Shown here one piece after another: positions 1 to 13,830 of a stretch of DNA of 64,000 nt; position 1 is the stretch's first letter; each line of letters begins with the position of its first letter. The notes under the pieces are model-generated. The model did no database searches and was not told the DNA's origin. It saw nothing but the letters and a program-made list of their open reading frames with translations. Source of the stretch: Octopus sinensis. Its lineage: Eukaryota. The position numbers and the translations under genes are program-made. The stretch spans positions 67,332,001 through 67,396,000 of the forward strand of contig NC_043006.1 in the NCBI RefSeq assembly GCF_006345805.1, in the 5' to 3' direction.

Positions 1-225
1 ACCAACATCGATTGTCAGGTGAAGTTGGGAGGGACAAGCACAGACACACAAACGTATACACACACACATATGTATAGATGGATAAGATGGGCTTCTTTCA
101 GTTCCCGTCTACCAAATCCACTGACAAGGCTCTGGTCGACCCGAGGCTATAGTAGAAGACACTTGCTCGAGGTACCACACAGCGGGACTGAACCAGGAAG
201 CATGTGGTTGCGAAGCAAGCTTCTT
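1..225 (-). mobile_element. tRNA-headed SINE, family A (5' half, cut by window edge)
   Basis: Reverse complement matches the A-family copies at 32868 and 51405 (tRNA-like head, ...GCAAGTGTCTTCTACTATAGCCTCGGG...GGATTTGGTAGACGGGAACTGAAAGAAGCCC). Confidence 0.85.
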
Positions 226-419
226 TATTTCATTTAATTTGCCACAAGGGCAGCACACGGAGAGAAGCTTGCGGGCTGGACACAGACATTAATGGGATGA
301 ATGATAACGATGCAAGGATGATAAGGATGGGAGAAGATGAAAAGCGCCCGCCGACTTTCGCTTCTCTAAAACATTGTTCTTTTTTTTCCTTCTTTTTTTT
401 AACTTCTTACCACACAGCC

Positions 420-478
420 TATGCATACATAAGTGTGCCTATGCATGCATAAGTGTGCCTATGCATGCATAAGTAGTG
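420..478. repeat. 20-bp tandem repeat, about 3 copies
   Basis: ATGCAT(A/G)CATAAGTGTGCCT repeated. Confidence 0.85.
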
Positions 479-523
479 CATATTGTGTGTGTTATATATT
501 ATATGGTCAGTTCAATATATATA

Positions 524-587
<64 letters not shown>

Positions 588-1693
588 CATACATATAGAC
601 ATATATATATATATACATATACATATTGTATATAGAGTATAATATAATATAATATGAAATAATATATATATATAGATGCATATTACATACGTATATTTAC
701 ATACTTACATCTATACGTATATATATATCTTATATTATATATATATATATATCTAATATAATATATATATATAATATATATATATAATATATATTATATA
801 TATATATATATATAATATGTGTGCGCAGGACGTCATGAAACGTGTACAACAAAAAGTACAAAGCACGAGTACATGGAACATGAACTATTCTTTCGAACAA
901 CGAAAGACACAAATGGAAAACAAAACAAACATAAAGAACGACCCTTTATCAGTTGTTGGCTGTTTTTCTAGTCTCGTATTTCGAGCATTTAACAACAATA
1001 TACACTTTCGATAAAATACTTGCTTCCGCAAAGCAAACTAAATAAAAATTGGTATATTGAGTAGGGTCAGAATAGTTAACACAAACAGGACAGTAAAATC
1101 AAACAGGAAAACAAACGCGAATGCAATCATGTATGCCACACTTTAACCACTGCTTGATCAGCGCTGATCTGGACAAAACTACCGATATCAAATTTAATCT
1201 CATGCTCCATGTTTTCATAATGCAATACCTTCCTCACACATACGCCCGGAGAAACATATATATGTACACAAACATTCATCAACGCACTTCCAACACAACC
1301 ACATACACATATAAACACACACCTATCCATCGATGAAAAGCGCCCGCCGACTTACGCTTCTCTAAAGATAAGATCCTTGATATAGAATAAATATTTGCGA
1401 TATGTTTATATGTGCATATATTTATTTATCAGTATTTCTAGCTATCCGTCTGTCTGTCTGTCTTTCTGTCTTTCCCTCGACGAATAGTTTTACCTTATTC
1501 TCAGTGCGAGTGTACATTGATCTATCTATCTATCTATCTATCTATCTATAACTTTGGATATGTTTGAAAATAACTGTAACCAATATCTCCGCCCGTTATG
1601 TAAATGTAAGATCAGAGGTTTTCTCCAAATGCCATTACTTTGATAAATAACCTTCATACACACACAAATATTATCCCGTTATATGTATATATC

Positions 1694-1753
<60 letters not shown>

Positions 1754-2052
1754 ATAATACACTTATTAATATAATGTGTATATGTATGTATGTTTGTATG
1801 TATGTATGTATGCATGTGTGTATATGTATATGTGTATGTGCGTGTGTATGAAAGAAATCATATAAAAGCATATTGTAATATCTATATATATCCTTGTTTC
1901 TTTGGATATGTTTGAAAATAACTGTAACTATGGTTGTGCACGTGCACAAATTTTGCTCTAGTTCCACATGGATGGCGGATAACGGTGAGATAAACTTCCT
2001 TTTTTCTGTCTCAGAGAGAAACTTCCACCCTTTCACTTTCTCTCTTTCTCCC

Positions 2053-2091
<39 letters not shown>

Positions 2092-2300
2092 TATATATAT
2101 ATATATATCCCCTCTTTCTTTCTCTTTCTGTCTATCTATCTATCGATCGATCTCTCTTTTCTTTGTCTTTCTTTTTTTCCATTTTATTCATCCATCCACT
2201 TTTTAGATCCTTCTCGCTTCTTCCCGTGATTTCTTTCATACACACACATAACACTATACATATACACACATGCATACACACACATACATACAAAAATAAG

Positions 2301-2336
<36 letters not shown>

Positions 2337-2435
2337 ATTAATATATATATATATCCACATGTGTGGTAAATATATGGTCTATTTAGATAAGTGTATATAT
2401 TTGATTATGTTTGTATATATACATACATATATATA

Positions 2436-2468
<33 letters not shown>

Positions 2469-2744
2469 GATATGTATATAGTATAGTATATATATATAAA
2501 ACATTATATATGTATGTATGTATTATGTACGCTTGAATGTATATCAATGTATGTATATATCTGTCAATGAATTGTATGTATGTATGTATGTATATGATGC
2601 AGGCACACAGACAAATACATATATCGTTACATATGTTTCTGACTATGCATCGATATATGAATGGGTGACTTTTCAGGTTTCCAAATCTTTGCTATATGAA
2701 ATGTGTTGTTCCAAAGATATAAAGATGCAAATAAGGCAAAGAAA

Positions 2745-2751
2745 AATAATC

Positions 2752-2809
<58 letters not shown>

Positions 2810-3038
2810 CAATAATATTATTATTATTAATAATAATAATAATATTAATAATAATAATAGCAATGATAATAATAATGATAATAATAATGATAATAATAAT
2901 AATGATAATAATAATGATAATAATGATAATAATATGATAATAATAATATAATAATATAATAATAATATAATGATAATATTAATATAATAATCATAATAAC
3001 AATAATAATAATAATAATAATAACAAATAATAATAATA

Positions 3039-3075
<37 letters not shown>

Positions 3076-3100
3076 GATAATAATGATAATAATAATAACA
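2745..3100. repeat. (AAT)n compound microsatellite
   Basis: Direct reading; AAT/GAT/AAC units. Confidence 0.95.
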
Positions 3101-3176
3101 CAGTAAAAAAATCAAAGTGGAACATTAACGGGAAAAACGTAGAACAGGAAAAAACATTCTTAAATCCTAAAGCACG

Positions 3177-3221
<45 letters not shown>

Positions 3222-3223
3222 TG

Positions 3224-3263
<40 letters not shown>

Positions 3264-5226
3264 ATGATATGCACAGACGTATATATGTATATACAAATGT
3301 GTATCTATACAAATATATGTATATGTGTATACATATGTATCTATATGCATGTATTTATGCGTGTGTATATAAATATGTATATATATATGTGTGTGTGTGT
3401 GGGTATGTGTTTATGAGTGTGTGCGCATGTGTGTTTAGATGTATACCTACATGTGTGTGTTATATAAGTCCAATATTAGAACTGGTTTATCGTACATCTA
3501 TACGAAGACGTAACCGAGTTTACAAATATACACACACAACATGCGTGCCCACACACACTTATACAGACGCATGCACGCATGCACACATATGTACACGTAT
3601 ACATATACAAGCATGCATCTTGAACGCACACCTTTATATCCATACGTATATAGATATATATATAACCTCGTCCATTATTAGAGCAGTTTTATACGCTATA
3701 CCACCTTATAAGATCTATGAACTGAAACTAAAACCCACAACACGAGTTATTTGCATTCAAATACATTTATTTCCACTGCACTATACAAAAATAAACCACT
3801 TTATAAATAAATAAGTAAATAAGTAAATAAATGGAGATCCCTCGGAGCGTTACTGCCTGTAGTATGATTTCTACTTTCACTTTCACTATCGCTTTGTTGA
3901 TTCCGTAATATAATGCGTTGTTATATATTCTCTCCCCGGCAGATGGCGTGTTATAGATAAAGTGCAGCCCCATTAAAGTGGTGGATCGGAGATAATTGTA
4001 TGTATTCTGGTTCGATCTATTGTGTACGCGGGTACGAATATGTTGTATGGCTGGTGGGATTTGCAGTTGTAGCCTTTATACGGTTTAGCGGTTTAGCTGT
4101 TTGCTTTAAATTGGTTTTTCCTTTCCTTTCCTCTTATAAAAACAAATGTTGACTCCAATAGTGAGAACATCCGATCTTCGATGCAGGGTTTCCGTCGAGT
4201 GTTTTTCACTTCCCATTGTGTTTGAATCAGTTACTTTTTTAAATATTCTTGTTCAGTCTTTAATGTTTTCTCCTTCGCCATATTCTCCTCCTACCGCCAT
4301 CATCTTCTTCTTTTTCTTATTCTACCATACACGAACACATAGGTAGCGCCTTATGCATGTATATAATCATATATACCTACACATATACACATATACACAT
4401 ATACACATATACCTACACATATACACACGCGCACACACACACAATCCTTCACAGATAAACACACACACGTTCATATATATAAATATATGCATGCATGTGT
4501 ATTTCTCTTTTCTTCATTCTTTTTTTTTTTTGATGAAGAGCTAGCGACCGAAACATCATGACATTTTACTTTCATTTTAAGTGTTAAAATTACTAAGCAT
4601 TTGCTGCTTTCTTTTAGAGATCATCTGTGTTTGTGTGTATGTTTGTGTGAGCGTGTTTGTGTGAAGATTTGTGTGTAGAGGTTGTGTGTGTTTGCATGTA
4701 TGCTTTTGTGTGTGTGTTTGTGTGTAGGTTTGTGTGTAGAGGTTGTGAGTGTTTGCATGTATGTTTTTGTGTGTGTGTGTGTATGTTTATGTATAGAAAA
4801 CCTTTCACTTTAAATGTTTTACATTCCAAATTTGATTACATTCGATGTTTTCTTGATTGACGTTTTGGATTTACATTTGTTTAGTGTCACGTAATAAAGA
4901 ATTTCAATATATAAACGTCAAATCACTTTCTTGCTCGCATCTTACAAATGAAGGGATGACTGTGGACTATTAGGAAATACATAAATTATTTACAAAGGTA
5001 CGATTAAACGCAAATAATCTTGCGTTTACAAAATTTGCATATATCTATCTATATATATGTTTCTATGTATGTATATGTATAAATAGATACATTTATGAAT
5101 ATATATATGTATATATAAATATATGTATATATACTCATATATATACATATATATATATAAAATATATATATATACATATATATATAGATATAGATGTAAT
5201 GTATGTATATATATATATATATATTA

Positions 5227-5263
<37 letters not shown>

Positions 5264-5269
5264 ATATAT

Positions 5270-6466
5270 ACTTTGATACTTTGATACTTTGATAGGTTTC
5301 GGCCATTATTGGCCCAGGCCATGTCTAACTTAATAGCACCACCTGGTGAAGTCTTTCAAGTCAGAATTTGGGCACTATGGCCCACTCAAGTAGAGAGTTA
5401 TTGTTTACAGAGACATATCCGGGTGGTAGGGGGTTTATCCGGGATTTCTTGAAGGAATCTGTCCAAAGACTTCTTGAACCCTATAGGGTCAGTTTCTGTT
5501 TTAATGTGTTTTGGGTATAATGTTAAAGAGAGCGGGGCCATTGAGGTGAATAATTGTGCCGTATTGTTGTTATGAGATGAGAGTGCGATTTTTGTTTTGG
5601 GCGGATGGCACGGGGCCCAAGCCTTGGATGTACCTTAAAGTGATGCCAACATCATTTGGGCAATGCTGATGGAATATTTTTCACATCATGCAGATGATGT
5701 AGCGCTCATGACGACGTTGGAGAGAATAAAGTTTTAGCTTTTCTAGTCGATCCCAATATTCGAGGCCTGTCATGCCATCTATCTTTTTTGTGATTGCCCT
5801 TTGAGGTGCTTCAACTTTATTGACACTTTGTATTGTGTGGGGAGACCACAGTGGACAACAGTATTCAAGGTGGGGTCGGGCAAAAGTGGAGAAGTGAAGA
5901 TAATGTGTGTGGATCTCTCTCGACTGAAAGTTCTGAGAATCCAGGAACACATTCTGCGGGCATGTCAACTTTTGTGTTTATATGAGTGGTCCAGCTTATG
6001 TTGTTTGTTCACAATTACTCCCAAGTCTCTGATGTTGTTGGACGCCGCGAGAGTTTCACCTGAAGGAAGGGAGTATGGGAGTTTCAGGGCATCCTCTTTT
6101 CCAAAGTGGATTAACTCAAATTTATCCTCGTTTCAGCAGCATATTGTTTTTTTTTTTCTGCATTTGATAACAGCCAGTAGATCTGACTGGAGGCATGTCC
6201 GGTCACTCGCTTCATTTATGACCTTCTGTAGCTTCTTGGAATCATCTGCAAAGATTTTTATGTTGCTGTGCTTGATGATGTCATTAATGTCATTAATGTA
6301 GATGATGAAAAGAAGTGGGCCTTGCGGAACGCCACTACTGACTTTGGCTGGGCTTGATTTTACCCCTTCAACTACAACATGTTGAGATCTGTCTGTCAGG
6401 AAACACTTGATCCATTTCAGTAACTTTCCAGAGACACCAATGTTGGATAGTTTTTTCACACACTCA
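5270..6466 (-). mobile_element. 5'-truncated, decayed CR1-like LINE (RT C-terminal half, 3' UTR, 8-bp tandem tail)
   Basis: Minus-strand peptides SGVPQG-PLLFIIYINDI...IKIFADDSK and RPHLEYCCPLWSPH...YWDRLEKLKLYSLQRR. Frameshifts and stops present. Ends in (ATCAAAGT)x3, as expected for a CR1-type short tandem tail. Confidence 0.9.
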
Positions 6467-6744
6467 CTCATATATACACAACAGATTTCAGATGATTTAT
6501 GCTGGTATTATTGTGTATATATATAAAACTTACTTGGAAATAGATGTGTGGAGTTCGATCATATAATAATATAAATAATGTATATATTTGCGTATATATA
6601 TGCATATATGGGTACAGGACGTAAAAAAAACGCGAACAAAATAAGAAAAAAATAATATAACGTCTTGTACCCATATAATATTTTTTAAATTACAATATAT
6701 GTAGGTATGTACGTATATGTATGAATATATGTGACCGCGTGTGT

Positions 6745-6940
6745 ACCGTTGACGATTTTTTTCCCTCTCTCTTCCCTTCTCTGGATCTTTCCTTCTCCTA
6801 TGTTTCCGACGAAGAGCTCCGCTCGAAACGTTAAACCCTCCTTCTTCCCTTCCTTCCTGAGCGTCCAATAATACTATATTTGTTCCACGTCCTCGCGTTG
6901 TTGTGTTTTCTCTTTGTGTTTTCATGTTTGGATTAACTTT
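6745..6940 (+). mobile_element. ~200-bp Penelope-type terminal element, family H1, with hammerhead motif
   Basis: Homologous along its length to 35888-36095 (-). Contains the hammerhead motif and ends GGATTAACT(TA)n. Confidence 0.7.
6802..6836 (+). ncRNA. Minimal type I hammerhead ribozyme motif (U4C variant)
   Basis: GTTT CCGACGA A GAGC TCC GCTC GAAAC GTT AAAC: stem I GTTT/AAAC, stem II GAGC/GCTC, GAAA, GUU site. Confidence 0.7.
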
Positions 6941-6994
6941 ATATATATATATGTGTATGTGTGTGTGTGTGTGTGTGTGTGTAGGTATGTACAT

Positions 6995-7297
6995 CAAGTG
7001 ATCACGTGATCATGTGACCCACCAGGCCATCAAATGTCGCTACACATCGCTGGTCACATGCGCTTCGCATTGTTTTAGTCTTCAATGACGCCACCCCGCT
7101 GGCTAAGCGAGCAGGCCAGCAGAAGAATGAGTGAGAAAAATTTGTGGTGAAAGCATACAGCCGGGATCTCAACCACTCCTTGCCAGGACTTCGTGGAACT
7201 TTAGGTGTTTTCGCTCACAACACCCGATCTGGGAATCGAAACACCGATTCTAGGACCGCGAGTCCGCTGCCCTAACCACTGGGCCATTGCGCCTCCA
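6995..7297 (-). mobile_element. tRNA-headed SINE, family C head with tail type 1
   Basis: Head TGGAGGCGCAATGGCCCAGTGGTTAGGGCAGCGGACTCGCGG... shared with 56816; 3' half differs from that copy. Confidence 0.85.
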
Positions 7298-7452
7298 GGT
7301 ATGTACATATATGTCTTATTGATGCATATATATATATATATGCGTATATTTAAATCACTAAAATGATATTATAAGTCGAGTTACTATATAGAGCAATACA
7401 TGTATGTATGTATGTATATATGCTTGTGAGCGCATGTGCCTGTGTACGCGTG

Positions 7453-7484
<32 letters not shown>

Positions 7485-7989
7485 TGTATGTATGTATGTA
7501 TTGTATTGTATTGTATATTTGTATACGTGCGCGTTACGCGCATACAAAATCACATGAACTTTCGCGTAGCAAATGAATTACTGTTGAACCAAATCTCTGT
7601 TGTAGCTGCGATTTCCAACAGAATGCTCTCCCACTCACGTTTTAATACAAATGGATAGCTATTGAATGCTAATATATTATAGAACACCTTTATCAATTAT
7701 CACCATTGTATATCTATAAAGGACCCACGAATACAGTTATGTATCGGCATGCTCATGTGAGCAGGCACACATTCGTATGCAGATGAATAGTAACACTCTC
7801 CATTCCTTTGTGTATCTATCTACTCCGTGTCTACGCATGGCAGAGAGTATGTGTTTGTATCAATGCGCATGTGCGTACACACACACACACGCGCGCATAT
7901 ATATATTTAGAAAGAAAGACAGAGCAAATGTAAAACGTATATACATTCATATATATATATATATATATGTTGTGTGTGTGTGTTTGCGT

Positions 7990-8114
7990 GTACGCATGTA
8001 TATGATGTATATGTACATAGATTGATAGTTAGATAATTCGCATTGACACGATTTGTTTTCGGGCCGCCATATTTGTATGTGTTCATTCATATATGCTTAT
8101 AAATTTATATATAC

Positions 8115-8202
<88 letters not shown>

Positions 8203-8253
8203 CATATATATATATTCTATATATATATATATATACATAATATATATATATAC

Positions 8254-8284
<31 letters not shown>

Positions 8285-8405
8285 CATACACACACACATA
8301 TATATATATACACACACATATATATACGTATGTATGTATGTCACTGGGCCTTTCAATTTGTGCCACTTATATTAATGGTCACTAAATGCGTGTGTGTATG
8401 CGTAC
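7990..8405 (+). repeat. Local duplication unit 1 (empty site of the Helitron)
   Basis: 7990-8100 matches 10295-10405 and 8332-8405 matches 12187-12250; only (TA)n lies between the two blocks here. Confidence 0.9.
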
Positions 8406-8763
8406 ATGCGTGTGTATGTGTGTGTGTATGTGCGTATTTGCTATAATAACGCGGATTTAATTTGCGCTAAGCATATCTGAAACTAAATCGAATTTCATCC
8501 ACGTGAGCACAAAGCGAAAGAAGTCTCATAGTTCTCGATATGGCGTTTCAACGAAAAGCATCTCGATTGCCAGGTTGAATTACAGATAATGTAGATGAGA
8601 TACGTGATGATATTTTCTCTTGAATATTGGAGACAGTTGCATTCTACTATTATTGAATATGGACTCACATACATATGGACATGCACGTGTATAACTTTAC
8701 GCGCGCGCACGCACTGTGACATATGCATACTCACACACACATATATATGTATGTATATATACG

Positions 8764-8817
<54 letters not shown>

Positions 8818-9289
8818 TATATGCAATATATAAACCATTTATATATATTTATATATATACAAACTTAAGATGTTATATATATACATATATGCATGCACAC
8901 ACATATATATGTATATATATATATTTATATATGCCTATATGTATATACATATATATATATGCATATTTGTATATACATGTATACATATATATACACATGT
9001 AATTATGTATATTGTGTTTATAATATGGAGAAATATTAAAGCGTACGACAGCAATTAATTAGAGTAGATAATATATAAGAAATGACGACATATAGTTTCA
9101 GTGAAAGGGGGAAATACACGGCATCTCAACGGAGGTGTCGAAGTGGTATTGAAATGACACTCGATCTGAACGGAGCGTGTGTCTTTCGATCGTCCGGTCG
9201 ATCTGACCACCGAATATGAGATCATGGTTTGTATGTGTGTGCGTCTGTGTGCGCGTGTGTGTGCGTGTGTGTATGTACGTATCGTGAAA

Positions 9290-9565
9290 GAGCGTCACTT
9301 AGTTGCTAGGGATCGTAAGGTCGGGAGTTCGATTCCCGGCGGAGCGGTGTGTGTCGCGTCAGTCCATCTCCACTCGTTTGACAAAAGTAAGTAGTACCTA
9401 TATTTAAAAGGCTGGCCTTGTCACATTTTGTGTCACCCTGAGAACTAAATTAAGGGTACGCGTTTCTGTGAAATACTCAACCACTGGCACGTTACTTTCA
9501 CGAGCAGGCTGTCTCGATGTTCGGATCAACTGGAATACTCGTCGTCGTAAACGACAGAAGGCAAG
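9290..9565 (+). mobile_element. SINE with a distinct tRNA-like head and the body shared with 56816 and 28530
   Basis: B-box-like GGGAGTTCGATTCCC, then GCCTTGTCACATT...TTTCACGAGCAGGCTG...GGATCAACTGGAA...CGTCGTAA. Confidence 0.75.
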
Positions 9566-9604
9566 GTTTGTATGATTGCATGCATGTATGTATGTTTGTA
9601 TGTA

Positions 9605-9636
<32 letters not shown>

Positions 9637-9671
9637 TATTATATTATTATTATTATTATTTTATATTATTA

Positions 9672-9702
<31 letters not shown>

Positions 9703-9718
9703 TTATCATCATTCAGAA

Positions 9719-9766
<48 letters not shown>

Positions 9767-9996
9767 AATATATTATATTATATTATATTATATATTATAT
9801 TATATTATATTATATTATATTATATTATATGATCGAACGCTACGCATCCATTTCCAAGTAATTTTTATCTTAATAATTCCGATGAGCACTCTACAACTAT
9901 ATCTATTCTGTCTCCCTCTCTTGTTCTTCCTTTCTGTTTTTCTCTCCCACTCTTTCTCTAATTCTTCTCCTCTCCGCTTCATCGTTCCCATTCTCT

Positions 9997-10059
<63 letters not shown>

Positions 10060-10408
10060 ACTCTATCTCACTCTTCCTCCTTGACTCTCCCGTTGCTCAC
10101 ACTTAACCAACTGCTATCTTTCTTTCTTCCACTTTTTCAAAAAGACACGATGTGCTTTTGCCTGTCTCTTCTCAAAGCTTGTTTCTCCAGCATTCACACT
10201 TCACCCCGTTATGACTTAACAACCCTTATCGTTTGTTTTTACTGTTTATTCACACTGTCCTGCTTTTCTTACCATGCACTGAGTGCGGTTGTGTGTGCGC
10301 ATGTATATAATGTATATGTACATAGATTGATAGTTAGATAATTTCGCATTGACATGATTGTTTTCGGGCCGCCATATTTGCATGTGTTCATTCACATATG
10401 ATTATATT

Positions 10409-10441
<33 letters not shown>

Positions 10442-10460
10442 TATATATATAATATATATA

Positions 10461-10486
<26 letters not shown>

Positions 10487-10498
<12 letters not shown>

Positions 10499-11887
10499 GG
10501 CAGTTAGTCTGTCTGTGTGTCTGTGTGTCTGTCAGGTTGTACCCTCACCCTGACCACGGCTTTCAACCAATTCTGATGAAACTTGACACACACATATAGC
10601 CCAATGTCATAATTCAAAACTAATGCAGCGAAAATTTTGAAAAGTTCCCCCAGTTCTGAAAAAAAATAGATAAATTCGACATGGAGTCGAGAATCTAAGC
10701 TTTTTATATGCAACACATTTTCTGTTGTAGTTTTCGCTACTTGCAATCGATTTTCACCAAACTCATGGTGAAACTTAATGCTACTCTAAGAAACTTAATT
10801 CTGACGTTAGTTTTCCATGCAATACCTTACCATCAGAAAAAAATCGATAAAATCATGCCATTTTGGGAAATTCAAGATGACATATTTTCGACAATATCTT
10901 TCACAAATTGGCAGGAATTTTTTTTTTAATTCACAGCGAGCATCATGTCTACTCCAGGGAGCTATATGGCCCTTTTTATTCCAATAGGATACTTTATTAC
11001 TGGAAAAAATCGGTTAATTAAATCATATGTGGCACACATAGTAAACCGATTTGTGTATTAAACGCAAACCACAGACTGTCTAGGGGGTGCAACTCGACCT
11101 TTTTAACTCTCTTACACTCCCAAATAACTATCAAACAGCTATCGAAAATTCAACCCAACCAATTCCTACCAGGAAGAAATTACATTCGAGACTTTACCCC
11201 CAACACTGCCACTTCTGCTAATAGCTGCTGCAGCCGCAAGTTATTCGAATACTTTTTTTTGTGTAAACTTTCTTTATAACTACCACCCCAAACGTTTTAC
11301 CTTAAATTTTTGGACACTACTTGCAAACTCTTGGTTTATTATAAGCCGCTTTTGTCGTGTGCACCAAAAAACCTTTTCCATTCGTTTGTTCAATTTGGTC
11401 ACTTTCGACTTTTTCGTTGTTGTCACTCACATTGCTGCCCGCTTTTTTGCCGTTTTTGTACATTTTTATACATTTTGGGATACTTACCCCTTGTTCCTTT
11501 TTATTATGCACCTTCAACCGTCGGGCGCTGACCTACCAATCCACTTCAGGCGTTCACAGTTTCCTGTTAAACTCTGCTTCGCAATGTCCATCAATAAATC
11601 CCAAGGTCAAACGCTACAAGTCGCTGGGTTACATTTGGGCGAACAATGCTTCGCCCAAGGTCAACTTTACGTGGGCTGTTCACGCATTGGGAGGCGCAAT
11701 GATGTTTTCATGTTTTCGCCCAAAGGGACAGCTAGGAACATCGTATACACAGAAGTATTGGAGTGAAGAGAAGACATTGCAACCTACACATGCGCCTTCG
11801 TTCTCCAGAGGGAAAGGACTAGATTGGGATTAGTCGTTGCCTACTAGGGGCTCTTACATACTCGGGCAACGCCGGGCTATGCTGCTA

Positions 11888-11888
<1 letters not shown>
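10487..11888 (+). mobile_element. Non-autonomous Helitron inserted into a (TA)n tract
   Basis: 5' (TA)nAAACGGCAG..GTCTGTCTGTGTGTCTGT..CAACCAATTCTGATGAAACTTG; 3' CGGGCAACGCCGGG then CTAG (11885-11888) followed by T; internal RepHel helicase remnant; absent from the paralogous site at 8100-8330. Confidence 0.88.
11510..11766 (+). pseudogene. Helitron RepHel PIF1-like helicase C-terminal fragment
   Basis: LPIHFRRSQFPVKLCFAMSINKSQGQTLQVAGLHLGEQCFAQGQLYVGCSRIG...RNIVYTEVL: SF1B helicase motifs V and VI. Confidence 0.92.
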
Positions 11889-11957
<69 letters not shown>

Positions 11958-11991
11958 TATATATATATATGTATGTATATATATGTAATAT

Positions 11992-12034
<43 letters not shown>

Positions 12035-12076
12035 ACATGCATATATACATATATATAATATATATATATATAATAC

Positions 12077-12143
<67 letters not shown>

Positions 12144-12265
12144 TTGGTGTGTGTGTGTATGTATGCATGTATGTATGTATGTATATGTATGTATGTCAGT
12201 GGGCCTTTCAATTTGTACCACTTATATTAATAGTCGCTAAATGCGTGCGTGCGTGTGTGCGTGTC

Positions 12266-12460
12266 TTAGCACGCTGGACAAAATGCTTAGCGGTATTTCA
12301 CCAGTCGCTACGATCTGAGTTCAAATTCCGCCGAGGTCGACTTTACCTTTCATCCTTTCAGGGTCAATAAACTAAGTACCAGTTGAGTACAGAGGTCGAT
12401 GAAATCGACTATAACACTCCTTCGAATTTCGGACCTTGTGCATATAATAGAAAGGATTAT
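12266..12460 (+). mobile_element. SINE family B (5'-truncated)
   Basis: AAATGCTTAGCGGTATTT...GAGTTCAAATTCCGCCGAGGTCGACTTT..CTTTCATCCTTT; ends in ATT tail. Confidence 0.85.
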
Positions 12461-12473
12461 TATCATCATACAG

Positions 12474-12640
12474 AAGGCGGTGAGCTGGCAGAATCATTAG
12501 AATGCTGGATGAAATGCTTAGCTGAATTTCGTCTGCTTCTACGTTCTGAGTCCAAATTTCGCTGAGGTCGAAATTGCCTTTCAACATTTCGGGATCGATG
12601 GATTAAATGCCTGTTTCGCATTGGGGTCGATCTAATCGAC
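12474..12640 (+). mobile_element. SINE family B, inserted in the tail of the preceding copy
   Basis: AAGGCGGTGAGCTGGCAGAA start; family B body. Confidence 0.85.
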
Positions 12641-12641
12641 T

Positions 12642-12805
12642 CATTTCCAGTTGCCTTAAGAAGTTTTGAAGTTTCAATGGGATTGAGCCCAACGCCCAAA
12701 TCACCACTGGTTTCACTTTTACATTACGCTCTCACATTCCATAGTCTTGCCATTTCCACTTTCAATTTGGAGTACTTGGTGATTTTGCTTTCTTTCTCGA
12801 TTATC
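12642..12805 (-). mobile_element. R4/Dong-like LINE, REL endonuclease C-terminal fragment
   Basis: EKESKITKYSKLKVEMARLWNV / VKVKPVVIWALGSIPLKLQNFLRQLE (one frameshift); abuts the (AAT)n array at 12809-12897. Confidence 0.75.
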
Positions 12806-12808
12806 ACT

Positions 12809-12826
12809 ATAATAATAATAATGAGG

Positions 12827-12897
<71 letters not shown>
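12809..12897. repeat. (AAT)n microsatellite
   Basis: Direct reading. Confidence 0.95.
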
Positions 12898-12898
<1 letters not shown>

Positions 12899-13479
12899 CT
12901 ACTGTGAGTACTAAATGTTGAACTATTGTCTTGTTTTAAGCTTTGTGATCTTAGTTTATGATGGTTAGCAGCAGCTACGTTATTTACCAAATTTGTTGAT
13001 GTAAAATATGAAAGTTTAACAGTTTTAAATAATTTGTGAGTGAAAGTATATATTCAGGATGTCAAAGAATATTTTTGGCATGTTATCTTGGATAACAAAG
13101 AGAATAAAGGATTTAACCAGGTCACATAACGTTTCCTAATTTTTGGTTCTTTGGCTTTAGTTATACTTGTATTTATTTAATTATTTATTTCGTTTATTTT
13201 TTTTTCACTTATTTTTCCATTCACCGTCACTTCATTTCATTTATATATTTTGTATTTTACACATATGCATGTATGTATGTGTGTGTGTATGCATACATGT
13301 ATGCATGTATGTTTGTACGCATGTATGATTTTTCTTTGAGTTTAATTTAAGTTGTTCTTGAGACAGTTCCTAACAAAGCAGCAAGAATTTTTGAGCTAAG
13401 AGAGTTCCCGGTGTTTCTAAATATGTGGCTGAGTTGGTGCGTTGGTTGAACTGTCGATCCAAGTGTACGTACCTATTTA

Positions 13480-13830
13480 CATAAGAATCTTACATGGAGA
13501 ACTTTGGGGATGTCTTAAAATTTTTCACTGTGCCGCTAATAGCTTGGATGTGGAGAATCCACATCAATTTCTTTTACCTTTTTGCCGTGAAGCTGAGTAT
13601 TTCTAGGTTTTGTGCAAATTGGTTGGCACATAACCTAATGCACCTATGATGATCAGTACAAATGAGGATTCATAGTCATAGGCGATTTCATTTCCTTCTT
13701 TGGACTTCCCTATTTCCCCTTTCCGGCGAAGAGCTATGTTCGAAATGTCAAACTCCCTCTTTATACTGAGTTTCAAATTAATACATTGCTTGTGCACGTC
13801 CTCTTGTTTCCGATAATTTTATTCCTTTAT
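13480..13830 (-). mobile_element. REL-type non-LTR element C-terminal fragment (second lineage)
   Basis: YDYESSFVLIIIGALGYVPTNL / NLEILSF / LMWILHIQAISGTVKIFKT across frameshifts; the IIIGALG motif is typical of the REL C-terminus. Confidence 0.6.

Noticed and set aside
11359-11766. Host PIF1 helicase exon
   Set aside because: It lies inside Helitron termini and is absent from the paralogous empty site.
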